The notes: generated by a model not told the origin, from the letters alone. Shown: positions 26,884 to 40,195, counted from the first letter of the stretch. The stretch is DNA of 64,000 bases from Acanthaster planci (GCF_001949145.1 NW_019091360.1:1361599-1425598), one strand, 5' to 3'. A program made the numbers and translations.

Positions 26884-27689
26884 CTGAAGGTATTAAACAA
26901 GCAGGATGAGACACTGACAAGTTGCCAGAATTTTGTACACACAAAATACATAAATGATGTAATTGACCTTGCAGAGCTCATCAAGTTACTGCATGCAGTA
27001 CGGGGTGATGTAGAGTCATTCCATGCTTGAGTCATTCCTGCTGAGTTAGGACACACCCAGAGGCTCAACCTAGTGCATGGAGGATGAGCATGTATGGAGG
27101 CCTCTAGTGGCCATGAACCACAGCAGGGCTTTGTAGCAAATACAACCTTATGGCATTTTCTTGAAGGTTAGAAAAAGCCATAATGTGACAGCCGTACAAA
27201 TCTTGAACAAGTGACCATCAACTGTGGTTGTGGTATCTCAGTGTTTTCAAAAGTTCATATTTTTGGCTGAATGCCCCGTTAAATTTGCACACTAAAACTA
27301 CATGTAGATCACATTTGGCCACATTAAACCAAACTAATTCATTCTTTGAATCCAATTTTTTTAAAATGGAAGCAACTTGAATTGGCAAAAATTACACATG
27401 CAAAGAGGATTGTCAAACATTTGCAACAAAGTAGTGCTACCAATAGGTATTGAGGGGTTTATTGAGGGTTGTCTGTCATTAAACGTAAGAAACTTGGAAA
27501 AACAGTCAAATAAATCGAAAAAAATTTTTTGTGATTCAATAAAGAGTGCTAATGTTTAAATCGACAATTTTTATAAACAAATCATTTGATTGAGAGTGTA
27601 ATTTACATCAGTGATTTCAATCAAGCTGACTTCCAAATTGGCCACCTTGCTTTCAAGCTGATGCCTCCAAATCACATGGTATAACTCAC

Positions 27690-27869
27690 CATGTTCCAAT
27701 CATACTCCTCTTTGCGGTACATATTTTGGCTTCTATACAGGCAAGTCCTGTAATCCGCAATCTGCTTGTTGTTATCAGATACCCGGATGTACTTGTCCGA
27801 GGCAGGGCAGTACTTCACATGGACGCATTTCTCCGACATTTCCTGATCAGTCAGTGTGAAGACAAAACC
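27690..27869 (-). CDS. NGLY1: NGLY1 coding exon 10 (PAW domain)
   Basis: CTCCAG acceptor, ATG|GTGAGT donor; GFVFTLTDQE...YCPASDKYIR...MYRKEEYDWNM; 180 nt. Confidence 0.93.
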
Positions 27870-29839
27870 CTGGAGAGACAAGGGAGGGGAGGGGCAGAAG
27901 ATACAGTGTAAGTGAAGGTTCAGGAGATTAATTTGTAATTAATTTGTAATTTTAATTAGGTCTCCTAACTTCTATATACTCCTTTCTTATTGTTGGTTAG
28001 GTTTTCTTTAACTACCACATACAGAGATAGGGTTTTTGTTGGTTTTTTGTTTGTTGTCATTGATGTAATGTATAAGAACTAATAATTTTTATGTAGACAA
28101 GCAACTCCGTATTTATTGTAATTTTAACAAAATTTTAATGGTTGTATCAATCTTTAAATGTAAAAACTTTTGTAATTTGGCCTTTGACCACAAAGAAAGT
28201 TCACAAATAAACCATCTTGAATTGAATTGAATTGAGATGAAGTTTTCTGAGATGCACTGTTGTGCAGCTTTACACTTTCCTTCAGTGCATGAAAATAATC
28301 TGATACCCTTTTGGGGATTAAGTACAGTGAAAACAAAGTATTTTTATTGAACACTGAAAATTGCGAATGCTTTTGTGGACAACAGAGGGTGCTTTTGCTG
28401 TGGCTTCCATCAGGGAGGACTTCTCAGGTTACAAGATTTGTGGTTCAACTTGTGCACCCCAAATTTACTCATTGAACACATACATGTAGGTTGGCTTTAA
28501 AAGTGACATCTACCAGTATTAATTTCTCATGCCATAATTACTCACCTAAAGAAAGGGAAATTCAGAACAGGAATTACAAAATTTTCCAGGATATTTTTGT
28601 GCAAAAAGCAAGGCTTTCTCCATGGAATGAAATCGCACTTTGGCTCACAAATATGGAAATTTGCACATGCAAGAAAACCAAAATTGCATGAAGGTACACA
28701 TATACCTTTAAAATAGCAAACAAAAGTTGAAACTTTTTGAACGTGCAATGTGACCATGTATTACCATTTGATAATTCCTGCTGCGTGGAACATGCTCTGG
28801 CACCCGGATACGAGACAGTTTAATCCATCTCTATCGGTCAAGAGTTTGCGCGCAACACGTCATGCAGAATGTGCCACGTGCGCACCAAGTCCATATATGG
28901 AGATTCTTTTGGACAACTTGCACAAGGAATATATGGAAAAATGGATGGGGATGTTCCGGGAAAATTAAAGTCATTAAAGTAAAAAGAAAACCATTGGAAA
29001 TCTATCATATATTGCCTTCTTTTGACTCCTCAACTCAAAAAAGGTACATGTACTTATGAATGGGAATAAATACGTGCTTGGCCAGTCTTAAACTAACGTT
29101 TCAGACCAGCTCAGAAGAATGAACACTGATAATGCCCTCGCCACCATTCTCCTGGCCAAGCACATATTTATTCCCCTATTAAAACACAAAGATGCATTTC
29201 AACAATTGCAGTAAAAACGGATTGCATGGGTGACCCTTTGCAGAAAAATTGGGAGGATTTAACTTTGATTGATTACAGTGAATATACCTAGACAAGTTGT
29301 TTATAACTGTGCATAGGATGAATTGGAAACAGATTTCAGATCCCACAAAATGAAGCTTAATAACTTTTCTATAACTGTGTGTTTCAATGTGCATTAGAAG
29401 GAGCAATCTGAGCTCCGTTTTGATACATGTACATGTGTATCACTCAGTCTGGCATCCTGATGATACTGGGTAATACATGTATAATGTAGTTGACAAATGT
29501 CAGGGTTCCTTTTGATCTATGTGTATACTGTGCAATGACCCATCAAACGGCCAAAACTCAAGGCCAAACAGGTGCAGCTGATATTTCAGAGCTAATGGGC
29601 TATACTTTTGAGCACTAAATTTTAAAAGGCCGCCTTTTCACTGAAATTTCTTCCATTTTACATTAATCTCTCAAGCGGTGGCGCAATACGATTTTGCCTC
29701 AATTCTACATTTCCCCCATCCTTCCCATGCATCAGTGTCTCCAGTTTCCAGCTTGGAAATGCATCTCCTTAGGCCCAAAGATATCTGCTAGGACCAGGAC
29801 TAGCAAATGTCACAACTGCAGCAGCAGGTGGAAAAACCT

Positions 29840-30480
29840 CTGGCAATGATTTCAGGGGAAGTCGTGGGAATCCTGTCTGACTTTGAGGGTGCAGACCACT
29901 AATTCAAGTGAGAATTTCTGGCCAGCTCATTAGCATTAAAAGTGCCCCCACGGTATCTTTTGAAAAAGGAGATTGTTTGGCCCCTCAAATGATGAGATTG
30001 TGAAAATCCTTGCCAAGATNNNNNNNNNNNNNNNNNNNNNNNNNNNNNNNNNNNNNNNNNNNNNNNNNNNNNNNNNNNNNNNNNNNNNNNNNNNNNNNNN
30101 NNNNNNNNNNNNNNNNNNNNNNNNNNNNNNNNNNNNNNNNNNNNNNNNNNNNNNNNNNNNNNNNNNNNNNNNNNNNNNNNNNNNNNNNNNNNNNNNNNNN
30201 NNNNNNTGGTGTGCATGTTATTGAGCCCTAAACAGTGCTGATTTTACACTGTTTTCAATGGGGCTTGAATTAGTGGACTGTACCCTTGAGCAGGACCAAC
30301 AGAGGGCACAATTTTCCTGGCAAACAGAGGCTCCTTTGGTGGGAACTGCACTTTGGTGATCATGAACAACCACGAAATGCAAGTGTACATGTAGCAGTCG
30401 CATCGCTACCAACAACATGAACACTCCCAACAAACACGGCTCTTTTAAACTGGTGAGGGGGTGTTTCTCCTGAAGGCGGG
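29840..30480 (+). mobile_element. Second decayed RTE endonuclease remnant
   Basis: ISIKSAPT resembles IISAYAPT; 30285-30370 is homologous to the reverse complement of ~14390-14475. Confidence 0.45.
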
Positions 30481-31216
30481 GAGGGATCTGAATCCTATTC
30501 CTGAATGAAAATTTTAAACCTAGTTGAATTAAACAGGTGGATTGCTGGGGGAGGACCAAGGTAATTTATTTCACAATTTTGAGCACACAGAAGATTAACT
30601 GTGGCACCACACATAGAACTGATTATTGAATTGAGTCACTTCCAGAGACTGTCATGTTTGGCCCACTGGTGCATGGCTAATCCCAGCATGGTATTGTGTT
30701 CATGCATGCATTTATCATCACACATCAACTGTTGATGTGCCTGACTACAGTTGATGATCATGCAAATCAAGCTTGAAGAAGAACCACCACCTGATAAGAG
30801 TATTACGGCCAAGACACATGCTATACATCAGTGGTAACCCTGGTCAGGTAAATACATGTATGTCTGTATAATATGTATGACAATGGGGAGCAACCAATTA
30901 ATTATCCGGACTGATTTCATGACGGTTCAAAGGTGCAACAGACTAGAATTTAACCCCCCCCCCAAAAAACCCCAAATTACAAAAAGTACACAATCTGATC
31001 CTAGGAAATGCACCTGCCCATTAACCCTAAAAGAGCTAGGCTTTTTCAGACCATGGGGGGGGGTAAGAACTCCCTGGCCCATATCCAATCTTACTGATCG
31101 AAAACTTTGCAGGGAAATACAACTGTAAAGTTTTCATAATAGAAAGTAGGTTTGCGGTAGCACCATGGACGTATCTCTTTTGTGAGTATTTGCGGTTCTG
31201 AAAAGAACCAGTGGTA

Positions 31217-31256
31217 CTCGACATTTCGAGCAGTATGCTCTGCTCGTCATCAGGAG
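31217..31256 (-). ncRNA. Minimal type I hammerhead ribozyme motif in a Penelope-type pLTR fragment (~31150-31262)
   Basis: CTC-CTGATGA-C-GAGCAG-AGCATA-CTGCTC-GAAA-TGTC-GAG: stem I CTC/GAG, perfect 6-bp stem II, both core boxes, GUC cleavage triplet. Confidence 0.75.
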
Positions 31257-32225
31257 TAAAGTTTTTGACACAATCCAGCGTACATATACATGCACAAGCA
31301 AGGTTTTGTTCATGGTCATTTGAGGTTCAAGGCCACAGGCGTGTCAGCCATGTGACTGAGAATGTCAATTGAAAACTATATACATGTACTTTCGGCTGAC
31401 CTGTTTTGGAATAATGGACACTGCACAAGAACGGTTAAGCCAGCTTTCATAAAACCGGTGTCAGATGATCACAAGACATTCCTGAAATTATTCTGAAGGC
31501 TCAGCGTCTGGAAAAAATGCACTGCGTCATTTGTAGGGGCAACTTACTGTAGAGGAGGCGGATTATGCCCTCACCAGTTCTTTTAGAATTAAAGTTAAAG
31601 TTAAATTAAAAAGTATGAGATAAAAATGAAAAAACCAGTTCCACCAAATTAGGGATTATGTATCCCACCAAACACCTGTACACTGTAATGACCTTGACCT
31701 TTTGGATCCTTATGCTTCTGCAGGGTACAACTGACCCACAAGTCATGTTTAAAGTTGACAAGTCAAGTTGTTCTGAATTACTGTGGTAATACACTGTACT
31801 TGAAGGCACCTGTACACACACAGGACTAAACAAGCGCAGTATGCCCTCAAGGATAAGTATTCTCTTGCCTTTCCTCAAAACGTGAGTTCAGGTCATTGTT
31901 ACTTTCTCCGCACGTGCATAGCAAACATTTAATATGCCAGTTGCAAAATAGAATTTTTGTCCCGTTTAAAACTACAACTGTAGTTATGAAAACACTGGGC
32001 ATGCTGGTAGGAACATTAGTCAATTAGACTTCCGAAGCACAATATTTTCTACCCTGTCTTCTCTTTTCATCATCCACTCAATTACATTCACAATAATATA
32101 TATTCACCTTCTCAAGTTTAATGAAGTTAAATTTTGTAATCCATATTGCTGCCCCATTCATTTGAAATGAGAAAACTGCAGGTGTCTCGCCAATTCTGTT
32201 CCCCACTGTGCATGCCCCCTCCACA

Positions 32226-32893
32226 CTACACTACTGTTGATGCTACCCTACTGTTGANNNNNNNNNNNNNNNNNNNNNNNNNNNNNNNNNNNNNNNNNNN
32301 NNNNNNNNNNNNNNNNNNNNNNNNNNNNNNNNNNNNNNNNNNNNNNNNNNNNNNNNNNNNNNNNNNNNNNNNNNNNNNNNNNNNNNNNNNNNNNNNNNNN
32401 NNNNNNNNNNNNNNNNNNNNNNNNNNNNNNNNNNNNNNNNNNNNNNNNNNNNNNNNNNNNNNNNNNNNNNNNNNNNNNNNNNNNNNNNNNNNNNNNNNNN
32501 NNNNNNNNNNNNNNNNNNNNNNNNNNNNNNNNNNNNNNNNNNNNNNNNNNNNNNNNNNNNNNNNNNNNNNNNNNNNNNNNNNNNNNNNNNNNNNNNNNNN
32601 NNNNNNNNNNNNNNNNNNNNNNNNNNNNNNNNNNNNNNNNNNNNNNNNNNNNNNNNNNNNNNNNNNNNNNNNNNNNNNNNNNNNNNNNNNNNNNNNNNNN
32701 NNNNNNNNNNNNNNNNNNNNNNNNNNNNNNNNNNNNNNNNNNNNNNNNNNNNNNNNNNNNNNNNNNNNNNNNNNNNNNNNNNNNNNNNNNNNNNNNNNAT
32801 GCTACCCTACTGTTGATGCTACCCTGCTGTTGGTGCTACCCTACTGTTGATGCTACCCTGCTGTTGGTGCTACCCTACTGTTGGTGCTACCCT
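32226..32893. repeat. 17-bp minisatellite spanning an N-gap
   Basis: TGCTACCCTRCTGTTGR units on both sides of the gap. Confidence 0.9.
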
Positions 32894-33840
32894 TTGGAAT
32901 CTCCCCAACTCCTCACAGTTGTTTCCTACCTCTTCAATGTTCCTTAGCTCAAAACCAGAGAGGGCCGACTCTCCGCGATACTGCGAATCTTGCTGAACGT
33001 GCCACACGTCATTATTCGTATGTGAACACCCACCAGCAATCACCCTGGTAGACTGGGGCCTAGCTATGGGACCGGTGTGTTGATTCCCCGTAAACCTCCT
33101 CCTCTTCCCAAAGAAAAGTTTGGATTTTGGCATTGTTCCAAAGTTTGTCCGCTCGCAATAGAGAAAAATACCAGGTTTTTGTACTTAGGCTTATGACAAC
33201 CCCACCCCCATGCAAAACTGAGGCAAGGTCAAATCACAGGTCGAATCTACTACAGAAACTGTACAGTACATGCACCGTACAATGTCAGTGCCCACATACA
33301 AGCACACCAGTATACATGTACATGTACATGTACAAACAGGTGTACATGTACATGTATGTATACACTTCATCCCATAGCTAGGTTCAGAGGGTGAAAGATC
33401 AACATGTGGCAAGCCAAGCGCCCTCTCTTGGTTACATGGTCTCATAATTATCATATTTCAATGGTCATATTCACTGATGCTCTTGTTAGAATTTCAAGAG
33501 AGTGAAAGACGTGCTAGTTAAATGTAAGTGGAAAATAACTGTGTGTATCTGATCCTTTTCCTAAATAATATGCTTGGAGGAAAAATGAATTCTTGGTATA
33601 GTCAGTTTTTTTCCTACAAGCAAACTGCTAAATTTTATGAGTCATTTTTAAAGCCTACATTGATAGGGTAAAAATGACCAACTCTGTATATTTTCCTCAA
33701 TGACATTCATGCAATGTCTCCCTCAAATGTTTTCTTACATGTGCACTTTTTGAGAGTCTCACAAAACTTTCACAAGGTCTACATTCACAACATTTCCTGA
33801 CACATTTTTCTTGCTGACACTATTTTTCAAAAAGATCTAT

Positions 33841-34003
33841 ACAAATACAGTAAAAAGATAATCGATGACTCGCGGTGTCGTGTTGCTGGTAGCGACGTTT
33901 CGGCTGCTAGTGCTGCTAGCCTTCATCAGGCAACTGAAGTCTGGATGCTGCAGGGTCTGCTATATACCGCCGGACCGCGTCCTCCACGTGTCCCCCGCCG
34001 TGT
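33841..34003 (-). mobile_element. Solo Penelope pLTR fragment with hammerhead core
   Basis: Close match to 43012-43175; minus strand reads GTTGC-CTGATGA-AGGCT...AGCC-GAAACGTC-GCTAC. Confidence 0.85.
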
Positions 34004-36269
34004 ATTGCGGTTTTGAAAGCCCAGGATTGTTTCTCAACCTCAGAAAAATTCTATACATGTAGATCTATACAAACTACTTGAACAGGAAAATACACTCGGT
34101 GTGCTTCTTATGGGCAATACCAGGCAAAATAAATTTATACTCAAAAAAAGCAGTTTCAAGTATTTTCTGAATTATTAGCTTTCTTTTATATTTGCATGTA
34201 GGCAGAGGCAGCGAGTGCTTTTCAAACATATTTTTCAAACCTTGTATTACATCACAATTGGCTGAACCACCCTGGAATTTACCACTGATTGTCTTCCATG
34301 CATAAGATACAGGCATAAGTCCAAGAAAATCTGGAAAGTGTTGGGGATAGTACTGACCAAGCCTCCCTCCCAATCCCCAAGTAGGTGTCAAGGGTAACAT
34401 TTGTAAAAATCAAAGCTCAAGATGGTGATTTTCAAGGGGTTTTAAGGCAAAAATAATGCACTATACAACTGTTTCCTGACTGCCTGCTATTGAAAAAAAA
34501 ACAAGCTTATTTTCTTCCTGACAAGTTCTTTGACATAATTTTTTACTTATCAGCTAGAATTGGTGATTTTGTTACTTGTACATTTGTTGATATCTAGTAC
34601 CCACCACTGGAGTGGTAAGGGGGGGGCAACTGGGGAAATGCTCCCTCCCCCCCCAAAAAAAAGTGCACAGACAATTGTTCTTTTTCTTTTCCCTACCTTC
34701 CACATGTGTTTTGAAAGCCCAGGATTGTTTCTCAACCTCAGAAAAATTAAAACAAAAAGTTACAGAAAAATGTCAGCATTCTGAAGCAAAAAGGAATCCC
34801 CCTACCGAAAAAAACCAATTCTGGACCCATCCTTGCTACCAGTTGGTTACCTTTGGTATTTTAGTAGATTCTTGTTTACCGAACTCCCTGATACAGGGTT
34901 TAATCTTCTGGATATAAAGCGTTTTTTAACATCCCTTCAGGACTGTTTTACAATTGTTTGTATTAACCTATGTTGACAGTGTTCTCATTTACAGTGTTTT
35001 TTTCAGATACAACACTCAAAGTATTAAGTTCCGATTACATACATGTAGGCCTTGACCTTAGCACTGGACTGGCACACAAGTTCTAGTACAAACTGCCATG
35101 GGCTACTTGCCTGGGTGGGCTAGTAAAGAATACCCTGAGCCTACCTCTTTTAAACTGTCATTTATCATACAGAGGCTAGTTTTCCCAGAAAACCCACATT
35201 TTTGGTATTTTTGTTCTATACCACATTTTCAGACAAAGTTTCTTTTCAGACAGTTTTAGAAAAGGAATTTCATTCAGATTTCTGACTCCCACTTCGACAT
35301 GTTTGGATGGTTTGTCAAACATCACGGGAGCCAAAAAAAAAAGATACAAAATTCACAGGACACAAAGTCACTCACTTTGTGTGATTCCAAAAACACTTTT
35401 TTCATACTCAACTGTCTTGTACCGGTAAACTCTCTTGTCTGATACCTATTGCATCAAAATAACTTTTAGACTCTCTGTTTGTTTTTAAATTTGCTGAAAG
35501 CGGAACTTATTTTTGTCCTAGTTTCGGATCGTGCATGCATGTGCACAAACTCAACTGCATGTACATGTACAGTACAGATTTGTACATGTAGGTGATGTCA
35601 TCCTGCAGTTACAATAAAAACATGTGACATGGTGTCTGTCGGGACACTCCTAGCAGTTTCGACACAGATTTTTTGTACAACACAGAGGTACAATGTACAT
35701 GTACATCTGAACAAATGGAATGCCTACTTGGACTGGCTACAGGCTCATAATGCATATTATTATTTGCATATTATGCCAAATCACAACCATTCCATGCACA
35801 TTAAACTTTATTCAGAAAGGCATGTGTGGATGGCATGCATTGTCAGAATACAAATTTCCCTTTGAGGATCAAGACAGAGTGCTTGCTTGTAACGAATTAG
35901 CAAAAATTAGCATATTGATAAAAAAATTGGCAATTCAAGTGACCAAAGCTAAACGGAATAATAGATTGATCGTAAAATTGTTAGTACAGTGGTAAAATTT
36001 AAGGACCCTTTCAGCAACCTATAAACAAAAGCCAAACATCCTACCCCTCTTACTGAAAACCCAACAGCAAACATGTTCTGTGCTGAAAATACAGATTTCC
36101 CACACTCAATTTGTTGCTCAATATCAACCCTGATTGTAAAGAATAAAAGAGTTACTTCTCTTTGACAGTATTTAAATATGAGTAAATGAGTAGCTGCAAT
36201 CAATTTATTTTAATACAAAGCTTCAAAACGCCCCTCTGTGTCTCAGTTCACCTTAATTTCAACTTTTGT

Positions 36270-36767
36270 TTCAGTATTTCAAAGGTTAATTTAATTTATA
36301 ATAATTTCATATTATGAGCAAAACTGTGATGTCATCCCAGGAGGAAGCGTCAATGTTACGTTGGTTCGTACACAAAAAGTCCTGCATTTTTGGAAATTTT
36401 GCTAGACTCAGGTTTCTCTTCTTTGCTGATACCGTTACCTTGTTGTTTACGCACACAGCAATAAGCAAGCATCAATCCCATTCTCAGAAATGTCTTCAGT
36501 TAGTAAAGTCTGGGTTCACAATTTGAACAGAAAAACTTATGCACTGAACTACATGTATGTCTTCCCAGATGACTTCACGGCAACAGCACCCTCAGTTGTC
36601 CAGGAAAGCACGGCTATTCAAGTTGAACGTTTTAAAAAGTGCACTTTTCAATGCTATTATGCATTTAACCAAATACATGAACATAAAGGAGTTTTTAAAT
36701 GCTGAAGAAGAGTACAAAGTTGCAGCAAAGTTGTGTCTTAGAAAAAGTCACTGCAGCTACACTTTAA
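36270..36767. mobile_element. Arm of a non-autonomous DNA element (Kolobok-like terminus), copy 1
   Basis: Collinear with 58070-58450; both end GCTACACTTTAA. Confidence 0.65.
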
Positions 36768-38297
36768 CAGGAACGTGCAATTTTGTGTTATGCAAGAGGT
36801 AATATGCAAGAAAGAGAAGTTACTGTTTGACCGACGGAGGTTTTGGTGCTATTGTCAAAAAACCGTCATGCAACGCAATCATTTTGAACTTACAGTATAG
36901 GCCTGTGTATTTTGAAAAGTCATCTTTGTTGGTTCGTGTTAAATTTCTGTTTGCTATTTTAAAAGGTACATGTATGTTGACAGCTTTTTGGTTTCATATT
37001 CATGAGCAAACCTATGATGTCATACAGAAGAGAAACCCTTGGTCTTGCATTAATTTGTACACAACTGTTGCATTTTTATACATTTCGCTGTCTTCAATTT
37101 CCTTCTTCCTCAGCGATTAATTGTGTAAGCTCCCTGCAATAAGCAGAGAAGCAAATCTTTTTCATAATTTCTTTCAATGAGAAAATTTTGAGTTCACAGT
37201 AAAACACATGAACTGAATTACAGTGTCTCCGCTTCTCAACAAAGCACCCTCAATTGTCCACAAAGACTACAACAATGTTAAATGGTCCAAAAAGGATTAC
37301 ATTTCCATTTTAATAACCCACAAAGCATGTTTCAACTTTCATTCCTTGAAGATTATAAATATGCACAAAGAATATGCCTTTCCCTACCTACAATGTGGCA
37401 CAGAATGGATCAGTACTAAAAAGTTCTTGCATACTGTTGCATTTAGCACTTGACATAAGTGGTAGAGTACTATGTACACTTTGCTAGTACTTGACACTGC
37501 TGAGACTGGTGTTCATTCAGTGCACTGCACAGTCCCGTATCATTGCAGTTTGTTGCACATTCTGTTACATTCAGCAGGGCTCTCAACTTGTGCAATGAAT
37601 TACAGTGTAACAGACTCTTACAATCAAGGAAAAATGGGCAACTCAAAGGAACTTCTGGCTGGTTGTAAAGTAATGTGAAAATGGGGCAATCCTTGCCACG
37701 TGCATGTGGGGCCTCAGAATGGGGGGGTTGACTCAGGAAAATAAAGCAAGAGGCCAAACTAAGGTTTCAACAATCAGACTTTCTTGTATTCGTCTTCCTC
37801 ACTAACAATCACAAACAGGATAAATTCATCAGAGAGATCGTTAAGACTGAAACAGAAAATGTACGAAAACTGTGGAGAGGCGTTAGCCTACCTGATAACT
37901 GGTCAACTGCCAAACTTGAACTTGAAAACTTGAAAAAATGTAAAGTGTTTTCAAAATGGCAGGCAGCGTTCATTCAACAACTATTCAGTTACTACTGTAA
38001 AAGATGTCATTGTCTCTGAAACAAAATGTGTAAAATAATTAAAATGCTATACAACTAACAACCCCTTGAGAAATTAAACCAAAGGACATTCTGCAGCTAC
38101 ACAACCTTTCAGGAGCATCAGGTTTATGCAAGGTGCCAAGTTAAGCCGACCTCTAAGAAATTGGCTGCAGGGGGTGGAATCTCAAAACCACAGATTTGGA
38201 ATGAAAATAGTTTTACTGTGTCCACCACGATAGCCTGGGATGACACGTAACTTTAACCAACATGCACGGCACGCTTCGAAGCAACATACCCACTTAC

Positions 38298-38528
38298 CTC
38301 AGAATCCGATGCTCCAGCTGCGGCCCCCTCCGCCCCACCACCAAGCTGAGCATCACCCTCTGCGTCACCCCGTGTCTCACCCCTGGCCAACCGCCAGGCC
38401 AGGGAGCCTGAGAGTCGCCCCTGCTCCTCTCCATTGCGGATGACCTTGGGGGCTAGGAACTCGGCCAGCTCCACGGCAGACCGCTGCTCTAGGACGGCCC
38501 TTCGCTCTGCTGACAGGTGGCGTTGCCT
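38298..38528 (-). CDS. NGLY1: NGLY1 coding exon 9
   Basis: CATCAG acceptor, GAG|GTAAGT donor; [28 protein letters not shown]...[15 protein letters not shown] followed by a Gly/Ala-rich linker; 231 nt. Confidence 0.93.
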
Positions 38529-38891
38529 CTGATGAAAATTAGCAAAGGAGACACATATCAATTTTTGCCCCATCATAAACCATACATCATCATCCATGGT
38601 TGAACAGACATTTCACATCTAATTTGAAAATCAATGCAGCGTCATGTTTTGAAGAATTCTTGTTCAAGCACTTGTGAATGATCAGTATCCTTACTTTTTC
38701 TCTGACATGAAAGAATTCACATGTGAATCAGTGCACATTAATAACAAAAATTCCTAAAAGTAATTATCACTATAAAGATAATGAATGTTTGATTAACAAC
38801 AACCACTGAAAGATATCAACTTGTGTTTCTTGTACCAATGTTAAAGACCACAAGGAAATCAACAGAAGAAAACAAAGTACAAAAGTTGTTT

Positions 38892-39632
38892 TTATTCATT
38901 CCTTACTTCATTGTTCATGGTTGCTATGGTTTATTTGTTCTTTACTTCGTTGTTCATGGTTGCTATGGTTTATTTGTTCTTTANNNNNNNNNNNNNNNNN
39001 NNNNNNNNNNNNNNNNNNNNNNNNNNNNNNNNNNNNNNNNNNNNNNNNNNNNNNNNNNNNNNNNNNNNNNNNNNNNNNNNNNNNNNNNNNNNNNNNNNNN
39101 NNNNNNNNNNNNNNNNNNNNNNNNNNNNNNNNNNNNNNNNNNNNNNNNNNNNNNNNNNNNNNNNNNNNNNNNNNNNNNNNNNNNNNNNNNNNNNNNNNNN
39201 NNNNNNNNNNNNNNNNNNNNNNNNNNNNNNNNNNNNNNNNNNNNNNNNNNNNNNNNNNNNNNNNNNNNNNNNNNNNNNNNNNNNNNNNNNNNNNNNNNNN
39301 NNNNNNNNNNNNNNNNNNNNNNNNNNNNNNNNNNNNNNNNNNNNNNNNNNNNNNNNNNNNNNNNNNNNNNNNNNNNNNNNNNNNNNNNNNNNNNNNNNNN
39401 NNNNNNNNNNNNNNNNNNNNNNNNNNNNNNNNNNNNNNNNNNNNNNNNNNNNNNNNNNNNNNNNNNNNNNNNNNNNNNNNNNNNNNNNNNNNNNNNNNNN
39501 NNNNNNNNNNNNNNNNNNNNNNNNNNNNNNNNNNNNNNNNNNNNNNNNNNNNNNNNNNNNNNNNNNNNNNNNNNNNNNNNNNNNNNNNNNNNNNNNNNNN
39601 NNNNNNNNNNNNNNNNNNNNNNNNNNNNNNNN
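38892..39632 (-). repeat. 39-bp minisatellite derived from the NGLY1 exon 8/intron 8 junction
   Basis: Unit ACCATAGCAACCATGAACAAYGAA|GTAAAGAACAAATAA; about 2.4 units visible (38892-38983); the rest is presumed to lie in the gap. Confidence 0.85.
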
Positions 39633-39720
39633 TGTCCATCAGCCATTCTTCTCTACATTCTTTCCTCCTTCCCAGAAGTTCCTTAGGGTTGGCTGTATAT
39701 CTCCAGCTCACATCAACAAC
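39610..39720 (-). CDS. NGLY1: NGLY1 coding exon 8 (3' end inside N-gap; coordinate 39610 is inferred)
   Basis: CCAG acceptor; VVDVSWRYTANPKELLGRRKECREEWLMD is visible to 39633. The missing TIATMNNE end is inferred from the adjacent 39-bp repeat, giving 111 nt and phase 0, which fits exon 9. Confidence 0.85.
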
Positions 39721-40195
39721 CTGGAATCAACCATTTCAACAGTATCAAAGCAAATTTTAAAAGAAATGTAACTTAGACTCATAAAACCCTAATGCCCAAA
39801 TTTTAAATGAACATTCAGTGGGATACTTCTGAAAGCCATTTAAAGCGTTCACGCAGTGCAATATTTTTAAAAAAAGGCAAGTTTAAGACCAGCCAAGCAC
39901 ATATTTATTCTCTTAGCAAATATGTCACACAAAGGAGGTACACTGAGCAACGATCAACTGATCGCAAACATCATATTCAACAAGCAGTCTGTGGTAATAG
40001 CAAAACTGACTGTAGTGGTCGCTGAAAAAGTAGACTTCCTCAAAAATGAGAACACCGAAGATGCCAGGTGCTGCACTGCCTTAGAATCAAACAGTGTTGC
40101 ATTCACTGTTGTTTGATATGCAAGATAAAACTAAATAAGAAGGATGAATCAATTTAAATGTGTCTTTCCTTTCAAAATTTCATAGGTTTGTAAAC

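Noticed and set aside
27870..38297. Extra NGLY1 exon hidden in the 10.4-kb intron 9 or its gaps
   Set aside because: Exons 9 and 10 join in phase 0 with no obvious missing domain sequence; it cannot be fully excluded.
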